From NCBI RefSeq assembly GCF_009914755.1, contig NC_060929.1: a stretch of 64,000 nt of DNA. The stretch is one strand, 5' to 3'. The position numbers and the translations under genes were made by a program. Source of the stretch: the human T2T-CHM13v2.0 reference genome, Homo sapiens. The notes below the pieces were generated by a model. The model made no database searches. It saw nothing but the letters and a program-made list of their open reading frames with translations, and was not told the origin of the DNA. Positions 27,953-43,193 of this stretch are shown piece by piece (positions within the stretch are counted from its first letter, which is position 1; each line of letters starts with the position of its first letter).

Positions 27953-29597
27953 TGTATTTTTAGGTTTGTAATGGGAAAGAGTCGGAGTATAATAAAATGA
28001 AAATAACACAAAGGGGAGATAACAAAACTCAAAAGATGTTTATAATAGGAATCAAGGGACTATGATCCCTGATGTTCTCTGATAATGATAAATGGAAGAT
28101 ATTTTGCACTTCTACTTTCTTTTAATTTCTGTGAATGAGATGTTCCATATTCCATTTTCAAACCCACTATCAGCTAAACATTGAGAATCCCTCCTTTCCA
28201 GGACAAAGCCTTCCACCAACTGGAAGGGCAGTATATGGGCAGTAAAAGAACCGTCTCACCAGCTACAGTTCTCTCTGGGAATCCATTAGATTTTCTAGGA
28301 TAACTTGGTACATATTATAAAAGGAGGATAAAGAGGATACGGAGGCCTATGTACACTCCCAGCTCTTTTTGTTTTCTAATTAAAGTTGCTGGCAAAAATA
28401 GCAACCACACCTTTCTGGAAAGAAGCTGCTTATGGACACTGAGTGAGACAAAATACCAATCTGGGTCAATTTTTGGTGTATTTGAGAATGGCATTTCTTA
28501 TTAGAATCTAGCAGGTAATCACCTCTAGGTACTCTAGGGCTGTCATACTTTTCTTCCAGTAAAGACATCTCTTTCTGAGCACTGCTTTTTCTCCTGCCTG
28601 CATGGTTTGGTTTCTTCATCTTAACTGTCTATTTGCATTTTGCCTTTGCATAAAGGGCTTCTATATGTTTTTTCCCTCTATTTGAGACAAGCTTTTCTCA
28701 TTTTTATAGAAGCAGCTATGATATTTGAGGTGTATGATATAGCATTAAGAGAGAAGAAAGGAAACTAGTTTAATAAGCAGAGCTACTAATAACTTCCCAG
28801 TGACTTGGGAACTTATCCCTTTCTCCCAACCCCCATTGTCATGCCAGGAGTCACCGCCACATAACAGTGATGGTGACTGATGGTATGGCAGTGCCTTCTG
28901 GGGCCAATTCATCACACACAAACTCAGCTCGGTGCTGCTTCACTTGCGCTAAATGTGGCCTCCGAGACTGGAGTTTGGCTCTGCTCCAAGGCCCCTTTCT
29001 GGCTTCTGTCCTGGAGTTTTTATATATGATCTGCAGGTGTTACTGATATAATTTGTCCAGGAGTTATATATGATGTCATGCTTACTAACCTAGATTTTCC
29101 TGTGGTCAGTATAGTATAGGAGAAAACTGTAAAAATGATATTACTGACGATTACACAATAAAATAATATCCTAGAAATAGCTTTGTGTGCCTGTTGCTGA
29201 AATGAGAGCATATGGCTATCACTAATTTAGAGTTGCCTTTGAGAATTAATTTAATTTGGAATAAGAGATCCAGGCAGTATTTAGCATCAAACATATGATT
29301 ATAATTTTAGAATTATGAAGAGAGGAGATTTTACCTCATCAGTGCATTTTAGAGTTAAGATGCTTTAAAGAAGATAGAGGAGGTTCTTGACTTGAGGTGG
29401 TCTAAGACGTTATGGATTGAAATTAAGGATGGGTTTTAATCACACTGAATGAAAGTATGTTTTTCTTGGTCATTGTGTTGACTTGTGAAATTTATTCCAA
29501 GCACTGCAAACATCTACTGTCTCCACCTTTCCATCCTAAAACCAATCTAGGTGGTGAATGGAATATACTAGGGCATGTGTCAATATATTCAGAAGAG

Positions 29598-29668
29598 TGA
29601 CTTCTGGGAATATAATATGGGGAATATAATATGGGAATATAATATGACTGGGAATATAATATGACTTC
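29598..29668. repeat. Short minisatellite, 4 x GGGAATATAATATG
   Basis: Four exact 14-mers at 29606, 29620, 29633 and 29650, bracketed by TGACTTC. Confidence 0.92.
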
Positions 29669-30149
29669 ATGTTACAATGACTATAAAATGGCTTCATTTG
29701 GGGTTTTTAATGTATTTAGGTTTATAATGTAAATATATGAAAGGAAAATTAGAAAAAAAAGATCTTCGTGTAAATTTTAACACCATGTGCTTTCATGATT
29801 TGCTTATAACCAAACAGAAACAGGAGGAGAAAAGGGTCTTTGGGATCCTTGGAGTCAGTAATATTTGTGGCAGCTCCCATCTTTGTTACATAATATCTTC
29901 GCCCCTTCCAAAGAACTATGAGAAGTCTGGTAAAAAAAATTCAGGAAAGCTGAATTAAATGAAATGTTCTAGAAAATGAGCCAGGACATCAGACTGGATG
30001 TGGATGCTTTCTGTCCCTAAAATATCTCATCCTTGTTTTTACTTCACTTGTTCTCCAGCTAGCTTGTAGACAAAAATATTTCCGTATACAAATAGTTTTT
30101 TTTACTCAAAATAATTTGGATGTTCTCAGTTGTAGCAGTAATAATGAGG

Positions 30150-30400
30150 TTTCAAATATGTAATATATATTGATCATCTTCTGTATATTAGATATTATTA
30201 GTATTTTACCTATATGATTGATTTTGAATTCTTAGCAAATCCTAGGTTAGCTAGTGTTTTCCCTATTTCACAGATTTGAGAAAGCTGAAGCTCAGAGAGG
30301 TTATTTTGCTCAGGTTTAAACAGATGGCAAGTGATAAAGTAGAGACCTGAATACAGATCTGATTGGTTCTACATCTGTGCTCTTTTCACTACACCTTGCT
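30150..30400 (-). mobile_element. MIR SINE
   Basis: CCCTATTTCACAGAT...GAAAGCTGAAGCTCAGAGAGGTTA reverse core. Confidence 0.7.
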
Positions 30401-31208
30401 GCCTTTCCTACTAACATATAATACTCATTCATTTACAGTAAACAAGCATACCGCACTCTCTCAGTTAATCCAATAATAATACTGCAGAAGCTATTTCTGT
30501 ATTTTAGTTGAGAAATTAAGAAATCGAAGTCCAGGAAATTGAGGGTTGTTCCCAAGTTTACTCAACTAGAAAGAAACACAATTTGGATCTGAATTTAAAC
30601 ATCAGGATTCTCATCTCTGATGCTTCAAACTTAGCTTGGCCCACAAGACTGCAGATTAGCAGGCAACTTTAGATAATGCAATTTCTAAGTATTAAATTTT
30701 GCTGCTCTTTCAAAAGTAATCAGAACAATTAAAAGGAGAAACCACTTATCAAATAAGTACTTGCTGACCTTTTTCTTCACTTTGTAGTCACTTGAATTTA
30801 AGTTTAATTTACTGTTTGCCTCCAGTCAAAGAATTACACTGAGTGTCTTTTTAAGAAAGGTTTTCTCTCAAAGGCTACATTCCTATAGTGATCAAATAAC
30901 AAAGATGCAAACAAGAACACAGAAAAATTTATGACTGTAAAAGAAAATAAAAAGTCCCAGGATACTTTGTATAAAGTCTGGAATAAACACATCTGAGTCT
31001 GGCAAATCAACTCCTGGGAGTAGGTGACACAGCTACACAGGCCGATAACTGCGGGGATCAATATTTACTGGTCAAGTGACAGTGGTATGTGCAGTAAAAG
31101 CTGTTCTGGAGGATTAGCTCAGCTGATTAGTACAGTCATAGATGTTTTACTGAGATGGAATATTTGTTGTATGCCCAGATTCCTCTTAATACAATTGTTG
31201 GTAATTGC

Positions 31209-31211
<3 letters not shown>

Positions 31212-31253
<42 letters not shown>
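31212..31253. repeat. (TG)n microsatellite (~20 units)
   Basis: Read directly. Confidence 0.97.
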
Positions 31254-31255
<2 letters not shown>

Positions 31256-32553
31256 GACAGAGGAGGGAGAAAGGAAATGAACAGAGTGGAACTATCAGGT
31301 TCCACAGGTTCAGCAAGACCTCTTAAAGAGGATAATGTGTATTATTTGCCTTTGATTTTAACTTTCATTCTTTCCTCAATTTGCTGAAAATGTAAAGCCA
31401 TTGTTGACTTATAAGTTGTCAAAGTCAATCATTATTTTACTTGATTTCTTTGTAGCTTTTTGAGCTTGTTGATCATACATTCACCTTTTGACGAAATGCT
31501 TTTCCCTTGGCTCCTTTACATCCTATTTCTTCATTCATAATATCATTTCCGGGCTATATTAATGTACATATTCCTTACATGTTCCCATTTCCCCCAAAAT
31601 AAGTCAATAATATAAAACCAACTGTACATTTAAAACACAAATAAATCTAAATATCAATTGCAGTAATAAAAGTGGATGAAATTCCTGTTAAAAGACACAG
31701 ACTCCCAAAGTAAAATAAAACAAAAACATTAAAAGTACAAGGAAGGGCAGAGTTGTATTAAGGACATGCTAACAAAAAGTAGAAATTGTTATGCTAGCAT
31801 AAAAAAGATTTAAGGTAGAAATTATTACCAAAAACCAGGAAGGTTATATTTCTATATTGATTGAGGATTAAATTTATGATGAAAATATCATACTTTCCAC
31901 TAACAAATATATTTTTATATATTTGCTTGCTTGTTGTATTGACTGACTACCTGATTAGAACGTGAGCTTGGCAAGGCAAGGAACATTGTTAGAAATTAAG
32001 GAGAAGTTGCTGAACACAATGAAACCCAACTATAGTGGAGATTTTAACTGTCTTTGATGGGGTACCTGAAAGTCAAACAAAATGCAGAGAGATAGAGGGG
32101 CTGGATAATATAATTAACAAAATTGGTTTATCAGATGTATGTTGAATGATGTCTCTTGCAACATAGAATTAAATAATTATTTAACAAATACTTATTATAA
32201 ACACCTGCTAGTTGAAATAACAAGACACTCTTGATTCTTAATATGCCAGGGAATCTGGCCTAGTTTGGAGGAGATTGGAATCTTTTTTTCTGAGGAAATG
32301 GCTTTTAATATGAGACCTGGAGCATGAGTTGACACTTGAGTGAATGGTGAGAGAACATCTTTAAGAATGGGGACTAATGTGTGCAAAATACCAACATGAA
32401 AAGGATGTATGTTGACCCATCTGTCTACAAACTCAGAGAAATAGCAGGAATGCTGAACACCAAATTGTCAATACCAATTACCTTGAAAAAAAATGATACT
32501 TTCATTTACTATCCTATATAATTGTTTAAATGGTAAGATTATGGTGAGTATAA

Positions 32554-32802
<249 letters not shown>

Positions 32803-32873
32803 TAAGTCTCAGCTCATAAAAGCCTTTCAGATTAGTCAGGCCTAGAGATTCTCCAATTGTGTTCCTCCAATAG

Positions 32874-33045
32874 CAGAGTTTCTCAAACTACTGAGCAAAA
32901 ATTCCTCAGGTCATTATCAGACATGCAGCTTCCTGAGCCCAGCTCCAGAAGATAAGGATTAACTTGGTCTAGGGTGGAAATCCAGTTACAAGCTTCCAGG
33001 AAGGTTCTGAGATAGCTGGTTCTGGAACTTAATTTAGAAATGTGT
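32874..33045. mobile_element. hAT-Charlie MITE (MER5-like)
   Basis: CAGAGTTTCTCAAACT terminus and ATGCAG...GGTCTAGGGTGG...ACAAGCTTCCAGG motifs. Confidence 0.55.
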
Positions 33046-35452
33046 TCTTTCTATTCTATCAACAAGTATGGTGCTCCATAGATATTTGGTATATAAGTGA
33101 GTGTATGTTCCCTACCTCCTTTTACTTCGTGACTATCAAAGTTATAAATGCCTCATATAGAAAACATGTAGATACTAAAAAGTATGGAAAAATAGAAAAA
33201 AGTTACTGGTCATCCTACCACTGAAAGGCCAACATTTTCTGAATTTTAACATATTTCTTTCAGATATTTTTTCTGGTACATTTTGTTTCACTTGGCTTAG
33301 AACACATCGTGTATGTATTCTACCCTAAATACTTTTTGGAACTAGAAAAGATAAAGATGTTTTTTGTAGCATCACTCAGTTAAATGTATTTTTTCAAATG
33401 CTAAGTTGGACAGTCTTTCACACTTTTCCTTCTCTATGATTGACTCATTCTTTGACAGTAATTTACCAATAAATAAATAAATAAAAAAACATTATTCCCT
33501 GAATTTGGGGATCCTGTATTTCATCTTCTCAATTCATGTTTTATCTCTTTAAAGATCACTGCAGATAGAAACAATTTCTCATTTTTCCAGAAATTTGCAA
33601 TGGAAGGATTTCCAGAAGTAGCCATTTTCTTTCCCATATAGTTAAATCACCATGATTTTTACATGTTAATTAAGGCTTCTGTGTTGCCTTTTTGACCTCT
33701 GCCAAAAAACTGTGTCAAGATGTTGACATTTGCACAGCAGAATTATAAGGCAGGTGCTTGCATACTGAGCACCCTAGAACTACTTCTTTTGTCCTTGAAA
33801 AACCCAGCCAAAGGCATCATCTTACTTTTATCTCCACAAATCATGTTGTCTTCAATAAGTTAGCAAAGCACAGAGGACAGGTGAGATGTAATTCTTTTCC
33901 TGCCAGCAATGTTGTATTTTATTTGTTACTTTTAGAAATAGTATATTAACTTATCTCCTTATCCCTTTTCTTTTCCTTAGAGATAAACATAATTCACCTA
34001 TTACTCTCCCTATTATATGCAGAGATAGATTCGAAAGTCATTTGTATTTTGAATTTATGAACAAATGCTGTTAATTGATAGAAAAGTACAAGTTTGTTCC
34101 CTAAAAGAGACATTTAATTTAATAGTAATCTAGCCCTAAGTAGCCTAGAAGAGTTAAATCAATTCTTCCATTGCTCTGAGTTTACTTCCAAAAAGTAATT
34201 TAGCCCCCTGGAGAAAACTGACTCAATGATGTGTCAGTATAACAAAATATAAAATACCTCTCCCCATTCTTAGGCAAATTTGTTGAACCTTGTGAGCATA
34301 AGTATTTATTGTTGCTAAGCCTTGATAATAATGAAGATGACTTCTTCCCCAAAAGGACATTGCATATGAAAGGGAAAAATAAATATAGCATATATATGGA
34401 TTTTATAGCATCCAGTTAGGTATCTGAGTGTTCTGAAAACTTGTAGCCAAATTCTACCTGGCCACAACGGCATGGGGTAATCATTAAGTGAAAACAGGAC
34501 CATGTGGGTGGTTACTCTAGATGATTTATTCAGGCCTAAGGTGGAGGGGATTGAGCATAACCAATTTTTACTGAGCTTTCTTCACCTTCAAGCATCACTG
34601 TACCAGATTACCTGAAATGACTTCCAACAGTACTCTGAACTCACATCTCCACATAACTCTGGCATATTCAGAAATTTAATTTTCTGAACTTTTTTTGTCC
34701 AAACAGAAAGAAACGACATGTGATAACTGAAACTGGTTGAGGACTAGGAAACAGAACATTATCAAATGTTTGGTATTGATCTATTCATGCAGATGATCTT
34801 GTTTAGGATCATCAATTTATAATCCTGTAACCAAATTGATCATTCTAATAATCACAATAAATACATCGCAGAGAGAGAGAGAGAGAGAGACAGAAATATA
34901 TTACTAAATACTTTTAATAACTCTCAAGACAAAAAGGATAAGATAATTAACCTTTTACAGTAAAACTTGACATTTTGAAAGACTGCATTCCAAACTTAGG
35001 ACTTTGACTTTTTTCTGTAAGAGTTCAAAGCTCATAAATATATTTCATTCTATGGCAGGTACTAAGTATTTCCCTTGGTTATATATTACATGGAAAAACT
35101 TTTCCTAAACCTAAATGTATACACCAGTCTTCTTATGTTTCAGAAATACTGGCAGAGGAAATATGTTTTTAATTTTTTTGAGTGTTCCCAGGAGGCTAAG
35201 ACCCTTTGACTTCTCATTTCCAATTCCTTGGAAAGAGAAATTGAAGTCAATTCTTTCCAGGAACGAAGGCAGTCTATTTTTAGCCTTCACTGATTAAGAC
35301 TGTGCTATCTAAGTAGAAATGAATTTGAACTGCCTGTACCTTTTACTCCCGAACAGTACTTATGGGGTTTCCATGATACCAACAGGGTATGTTCTCGAAT
35401 CTATGCTTGCACAGTAAATTGCCCTTATTTGAGTTCACTGAGGAACACTGTT

Positions 35453-35478
35453 GGGTCAAGTTAGGTCAAGTTAGGTCA
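35453..35478 (+). promoter_or_regulatory. Candidate double DR4 nuclear-receptor element
   Basis: GGGTCA agtt AGGTCA agtt AGGTCA: three consensus RGGTCA half-sites at 4-bp spacing. Motif only, no functional evidence. Confidence 0.4.
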
Positions 35479-36509
35479 ATTTTTCTTTGAATTGTGCTTT
35501 TATTTTGTGCTTTTCAAAGGAAATTCAGTTAAAATCAAATCTTCATAAAAATTTCATTTTTCTAAGGTAGATGATGAAATTTGTTCAACTAATAAGGGAT
35601 CAGATAGATAAGAAAATTTGTTAAGGCGAAAAAGAGAAAACCAGGAAATTATAATTTATGTGGGTAAAGCAAAAAAAAAAAAAAAAAAAGCCAGCATCAT
35701 GACAGTGGCAGATGAGATGCAGGAAGCGAGAAATTATAAATATGGAGGATGGATGCTGCACCATTAAATGGAAGGAGAGGAACAGTGAGGCTCAAATGCA
35801 GAGCTTTGTGCAAGTGGGAAATGAAGGGGCAGGAGGCAGACGGAGAGCTCCTTGGAGGAAAGGATTGAAAGTGAAACCATAAACGTACCAGAAATGAGAG
35901 GCAGAGAAAGTACCATTATTAAAATAGTGATGTTGCCAGAATTAGAGACTTGGAAGAATAAAAATTATCTGTTTGTAAATTCAGAACTATGTTTGGCCAT
36001 TTATGCCCATGATTTTAGGAGAAATATAAAGGAGAAACAGCTGTTGTGTAGATTTAAATGACAAAATAGAATTATAGGGAATGAGAAGACCCCAGGAAGG
36101 CAAATTATAGGCAATGAGAAGACCCTAGTGAAAAAGACTGCTGCTTTTTCTCCTCCTTGATAGAGGTAGATAGTATTTGAGAAGGGAGAGCAACTTTAGG
36201 GGAGCGTAGCCGAGTCAGCAGGAGAAAGGCAGGTAATAGCCAAGGTACTTAGAACAGTACCTGGATTTTCCACATCTGTTGGCTACCTCAAATCTTATTT
36301 CTTCCTTTTCTCCTGAGACCCAAAATGCTCTCTCCCTCTCTGCAGGTTCCTTAAACAATGACAACTTTAAAAGACTCCAGATCGCTTTGAAAAAACTTGA
36401 AAGCCATCCAGGGTGCACTGTAGGCCTTTGTAGACACCCCATGTGGAGCTAGTCTGAAAACTCTATAGTTTTTCTGTTTGGATTATGTCCTGGGGATGAG
36501 CTGCAGGGC

Positions 36510-36512
<3 letters not shown>

Positions 36513-36553
<41 letters not shown>
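36513..36553. repeat. (CA)n microsatellite
   Basis: Read directly. Confidence 0.96.
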
Positions 36554-37891
36554 TTAAAAATTAAAAATGAGCCAGCCCTAACCCATGTGTACTCAGAAGT
36601 AAAAAGGTAAGCTCTTTTTGCTGTGAGCTCTTGTAGCCATTGGCCTTGGTATTCATCACTCTGTACCCTGCCTGGCCGTGCTGTGAGCAGAAGGCAGAGG
36701 ACATAGAGATCAGCTGAATAACTCACTCTTTGCTTCTTAAATGTCAGTTTATAACCCACTGCTTCAGTGAATTTACTGTTTGGATAGAAATTTAACCCAC
36801 CATGGCTTCACTGGGAATATATTAGAAAGATTCATAGACTCAACCAATTTTGCCCAATTTTTCTCTAGGACTATTAAAATATCATTATCAATTATCTATA
36901 GCCAATCTCTAGAGGGAGTTATATTGAAATGACTTTAATAATAACCAATGGGTATAAGCAGCTACTTTTAGAGGATGGGCAGCTTTTATAAAGCTGAATT
37001 TAATATTGTATTTTCCCAGGAACAAAGTGGTTAAGAATTGAAGAACTGTGTAAGAGTCATCTGGAGTCACTGGTTTCTTGGAAAGAAATAATCCAAAATC
37101 TTAAGATAATATGAAAATGCAAGAACTTTGAAGGAAAAGATAAATTCACATGCAGAATCAAATTCTAAGAAAAGCAAAGGTTGAGTGTGTGTGTGTTGTG
37201 TGTATGTGTGTGTAAGAGAGGGAGAGAGCAAGTGGAGGAACAAAATGTTTGTTCTCTTGTCGTGTTAACTGATTTATAACAAGATTATTTGTGCTAAAAA
37301 TATCTCTTTATATCTCTTTCAGGCTGTCCAGCGCCCTTTTCAGCAGGCAGGTTGATGGGGTGATTGTGGAGGGCAAAAGGTTGAATAGCAAAATCTAGGT
37401 GTTACATGAGAATTACTTTTAACTGTGCTTAAACTTATGGGGAGATAGTTTATTTTTAACACTATTTCAACATCAGTACATCTTGTATTCCATCTGTGGA
37501 CATGAGACGCAAGGGATTGAGGGATGCATTGAGAGACTGGTTCAGCTGACAAAGTTGACCTACCTAAAATATTCTTTTCAACCCCTTCCAGGATAGTAAT
37601 GACAGATGCCAGAATTTTTATTAGAATTCCAGCCTTTAGGCAAATAAAAAATAGAGTAACATCCTTCAGTCACCATGGAGGCTCTTTACACTCCAATTAT
37701 AAGCATCAAAGAAATCCTTGGAACAGTCATCAGGTAATCAGGGGAATGCAGTGTGTTCATAGTGGCTGCTTATTTTTCTCCAATTCACATGCAGAAGATA
37801 TTTAAGAGATTAAGGGGAACTTGCAGATTCAATGGGGACTCAGATCACATATTGTTTATTGATAGGATAATATCATCTGGAAAGTATTTAG

Positions 37892-40168
<2,277 letters not shown>

Positions 40169-40305
40169 AGAAATTTCCATCTATAAGACAAAGATAAAAA
40201 TCACCAGTAACTGTGGCCTTCTGAGCAACCCACTATCTAGTGATATCAGAATCTAGCAGCAAGAAGGAAATGGAAAGTTTGCTATCAGCTTCAATGAGTC
40301 AAGCA

Positions 40306-40738
40306 TAGTGTTTTCCAAACTTCAGTCACGCAGGCTCTACCTTCACAATTTAATAACAGCTAAAATCACATTTACAGATATTTGCTGAATATTTTATTTA
40401 AATTGCATCACTGTTAGCTTAAATTTATTTTGAGCAAAATTAAATACAAAAATAAATCAATGTTGTTAGATTCAGGCTAGACATTGTTACCGCCTAAGGT
40501 CCTGACCCCAGTTCTGCTCTTTCCATGTTGAAGAGAATTAGATTTCAGAGGAGTGTTAGAGACTATTAGTAAACTGAGACTTTCCCCTGGAAAGCATCAG
40601 AAAGAGTGAAGGAGAACTAAAAGACCAGTGGCAATGTTATTTAAGGTGCAATTCCTGAATCTCTTGTAAGCATTAGCATAACACCCAAATCAACTTCAGC
40701 ACTGCCAGGGCAGGTATCCCACACTCTGGGAAACCCTG
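40306..40738 (+). mobile_element. hAT-Charlie MITE (MER113-like)
   Basis: Termini TAGTGTTTTCCAAACTTCAGTCA ... CCACACTCTGGGAAACCCTG and internal AAACTGAGACTTTC. Confidence 0.7.
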
Positions 40739-41056
40739 GCAGAGAAAGGCAGTATGCAATGCCAATGGGATCTCATGTGACACATTCAACTGAGCCCCTG
40801 CTGAAGGGATATATGCAACTCTCCATAGGCTGTCTGACCGGGACCTGCCACAACGTCACCACAACTGCATCTCCCACAATAGAACGGAAAAGGGAAGCTA
40901 CTAGAGCAAGGCTGAGGAAGTGCTGAGAGACAGGTCACAGAGAAAGGCAGTCATCTTTTTCATAACCCTAATCCTAACCCTAAACCTAAGCCTTTTTCTC
41001 CCAGAGAAGTCTAGGGAACCACACTTAGGATGAGATAGAAGATAGGGGAAATCTCT

Positions 41057-41057
<1 letters not shown>

Positions 41058-41100
<43 letters not shown>
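41058..41100. repeat. Poly(T)43 homopolymer
   Basis: Uninterrupted run with no attached Alu or L1 body. Confidence 0.97.
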
Positions 41101-41106
<6 letters not shown>

Positions 41107-41119
41107 GCATGAGTGACAT

Positions 41120-41412
41120 CTTTCCTGACCACCTCATTTTAAACATTATCCCCCTTTTTATTCCCTATTACCTTTTCCTGCCTTATTTTATTTCACCTGG
41201 GATTCTATAAATCTTATTATATATCTACACTAAAATCATTATATCTGCTTGCTTATTGATTGATTGTCTCCACTGCCAGAATGTAAGCCTAGACTCCAGG
41301 TATTTTTGTGTTTCATTCCCAGCTATATTCACAGCCCCTAGGATAGTACCTAACATATAGTAGGTGCTAAATAAATATTTGTTGAGTAAATCTGAATGAA
41401 TTAATGAATGAA
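41120..41412 (+). mobile_element. L2 3' end
   Basis: AGAATGTAAGC...ATAGTAGGTGCTAAATAAATATTTGTTGA...(GAAT)n tail. Confidence 0.8.
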
Positions 41413-42349
41413 CTGCCTTCAGAAAGGAGATAGGTAGTGAAAAAGGATTTTAATTCACCAAAAATACCGATAATTGTAAGTATCAGTTGAATTATTTTTG
41501 GCATAATATATGATTCAGTGTGAGCAATGTGTATTTTTGCTTAAAAAAACAAAAATGTTGGCATGGAGTTTGAAGTTATTTGTTTTTAGGAGTGGGAATG
41601 AGGATCCAATGTTTGTATCTTGTCACAAGGAAACTTAGCAGCAAGTCTTCTGTCAGATGCTTATCATATGCTCCTTAAGCATCATTGACTTGTCACATTT
41701 CACAGTAACTGATATTCTCGATCACCTCCAGTAAAGCAATTAATCCACCCAGTAGCTATGAAGTTCTGCATACCTGTGCACCTAAGAAGAATTGGCCCTT
41801 TTTGGAAAGCTGAATTGAAGCAACTGGTAGGCAGAAGAAATTCCATAGTGCAGGATTCACAGGTCTGTTCCATGGATTAAAGCTGTGGGATAATACTGGG
41901 TGTATGCAAAGAACAAGGAAGGGAGAGGAAAATGTGGTCACATAATTTGGGGATACTCTGGGTTAAACAAAGTTAGATAGCCTATTGAGAGGCTTTCAGA
42001 GGCAAATCTACTAGTTTTTCCCAAGTGTATTTCATGACAAAATTGCCATTCCTACCTCTCCCTCACTCAAGGATGACCTAATGGGCTTATTTTGGAAGCC
42101 TTGATGTATCTCTGTGGGCTTCTCGGGAACTCTTCCAGATGGAGAAGAGTCCTGTGATGAAGTACAGATGTCTGGCCCTTTCTGAGCAAAGGCATAGAAT
42201 CAAAGAGAAAAGTCAAGGGCTGCATTCACTGATGGACTCATGGAGACGTTCACAGACAGACAACGTCTCCATGCAAGGACAGACATTTTGATTATGAAGT
42301 GCAGTCTTTACTGTTGGCTGATAAAATGACTGACATAGTAGGATGAACA

Positions 42350-42480
42350 ATGAACCATGTTCCAAGTCCCACTTTCCCATGACCTTCGATGGCCATTTTC
42401 TGGGTCTCAGTTTCCTCATTTGTAAACAGAGAGTTAAATTAAGCAGTCTTTGAAGTCCCTTCCCATTCTAACACTCAATA
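42350..42480 (+). mobile_element. MIR SINE
   Basis: CTGGGTCTCAGTTTCCTCATTTGTAAA core. Confidence 0.65.
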
Positions 42481-43193
42481 ATTAAATGGCCTTTAGATGT
42501 CTGTTCTAGCCTTAGAGTTGTTTTACTCTAAAGGACAAACAGATGAGACACCGATGAGGAAAGAATAGCTAATCATTTGAAGCTTGGATGTTACTGGCTG
42601 AATAATGATTTTCATACCTAGGATGAAAAACCTTTAAAAAGCCACCTTCCCTGATGAGCCAGTAAATAGACCTCTGCCAACAAGATTCAAACACGTCTCA
42701 TGTTTGTGCCCAGCATGCCTGAGCAGAGCCCCATGGCACTTGCTTAATGTTTAAATTTTTGTATTAATTTTTGCATTATTTTGAGAGTGCAAAACGTAAG
42801 TTTTAATTTTTGTCATTTTAGTGTTCCTTAAAATGGCATTGTTGATCTAGAGCCAACAGGATTCTTAAATTTTAAATCGAAGCTCCTAGTGACTCAGACT
42901 TTAATTGGACACACCTCTTGGCTCAGACTATTGATAATTAGTCCATTAAACATTAAGGAACTCTATACCTCCAAGCCTTCAAAGTAAATACTACAGTCGC
43001 AATAGAGAAGATGTAATTTATTATAACTCTTGTATGGTTACACAAATACAGGGATAACAGTGACGGTGCTTTTTACTCTAGGATCGCTTTCTTGCAACCT
43101 CCTCATTATTCCAACTTCCAAATTCCAAGGAAGTGAGGGTGTCATAAATGGGATGACCACTTCATTCAAAGTGGAATAATGACAATGCTAGGG

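Noticed and set aside
29598-29668. Short repeated units superficially like a CRISPR array
   Set aside because: Primate DNA, no unique spacers and no cas genes. It is a simple tandem repeat.
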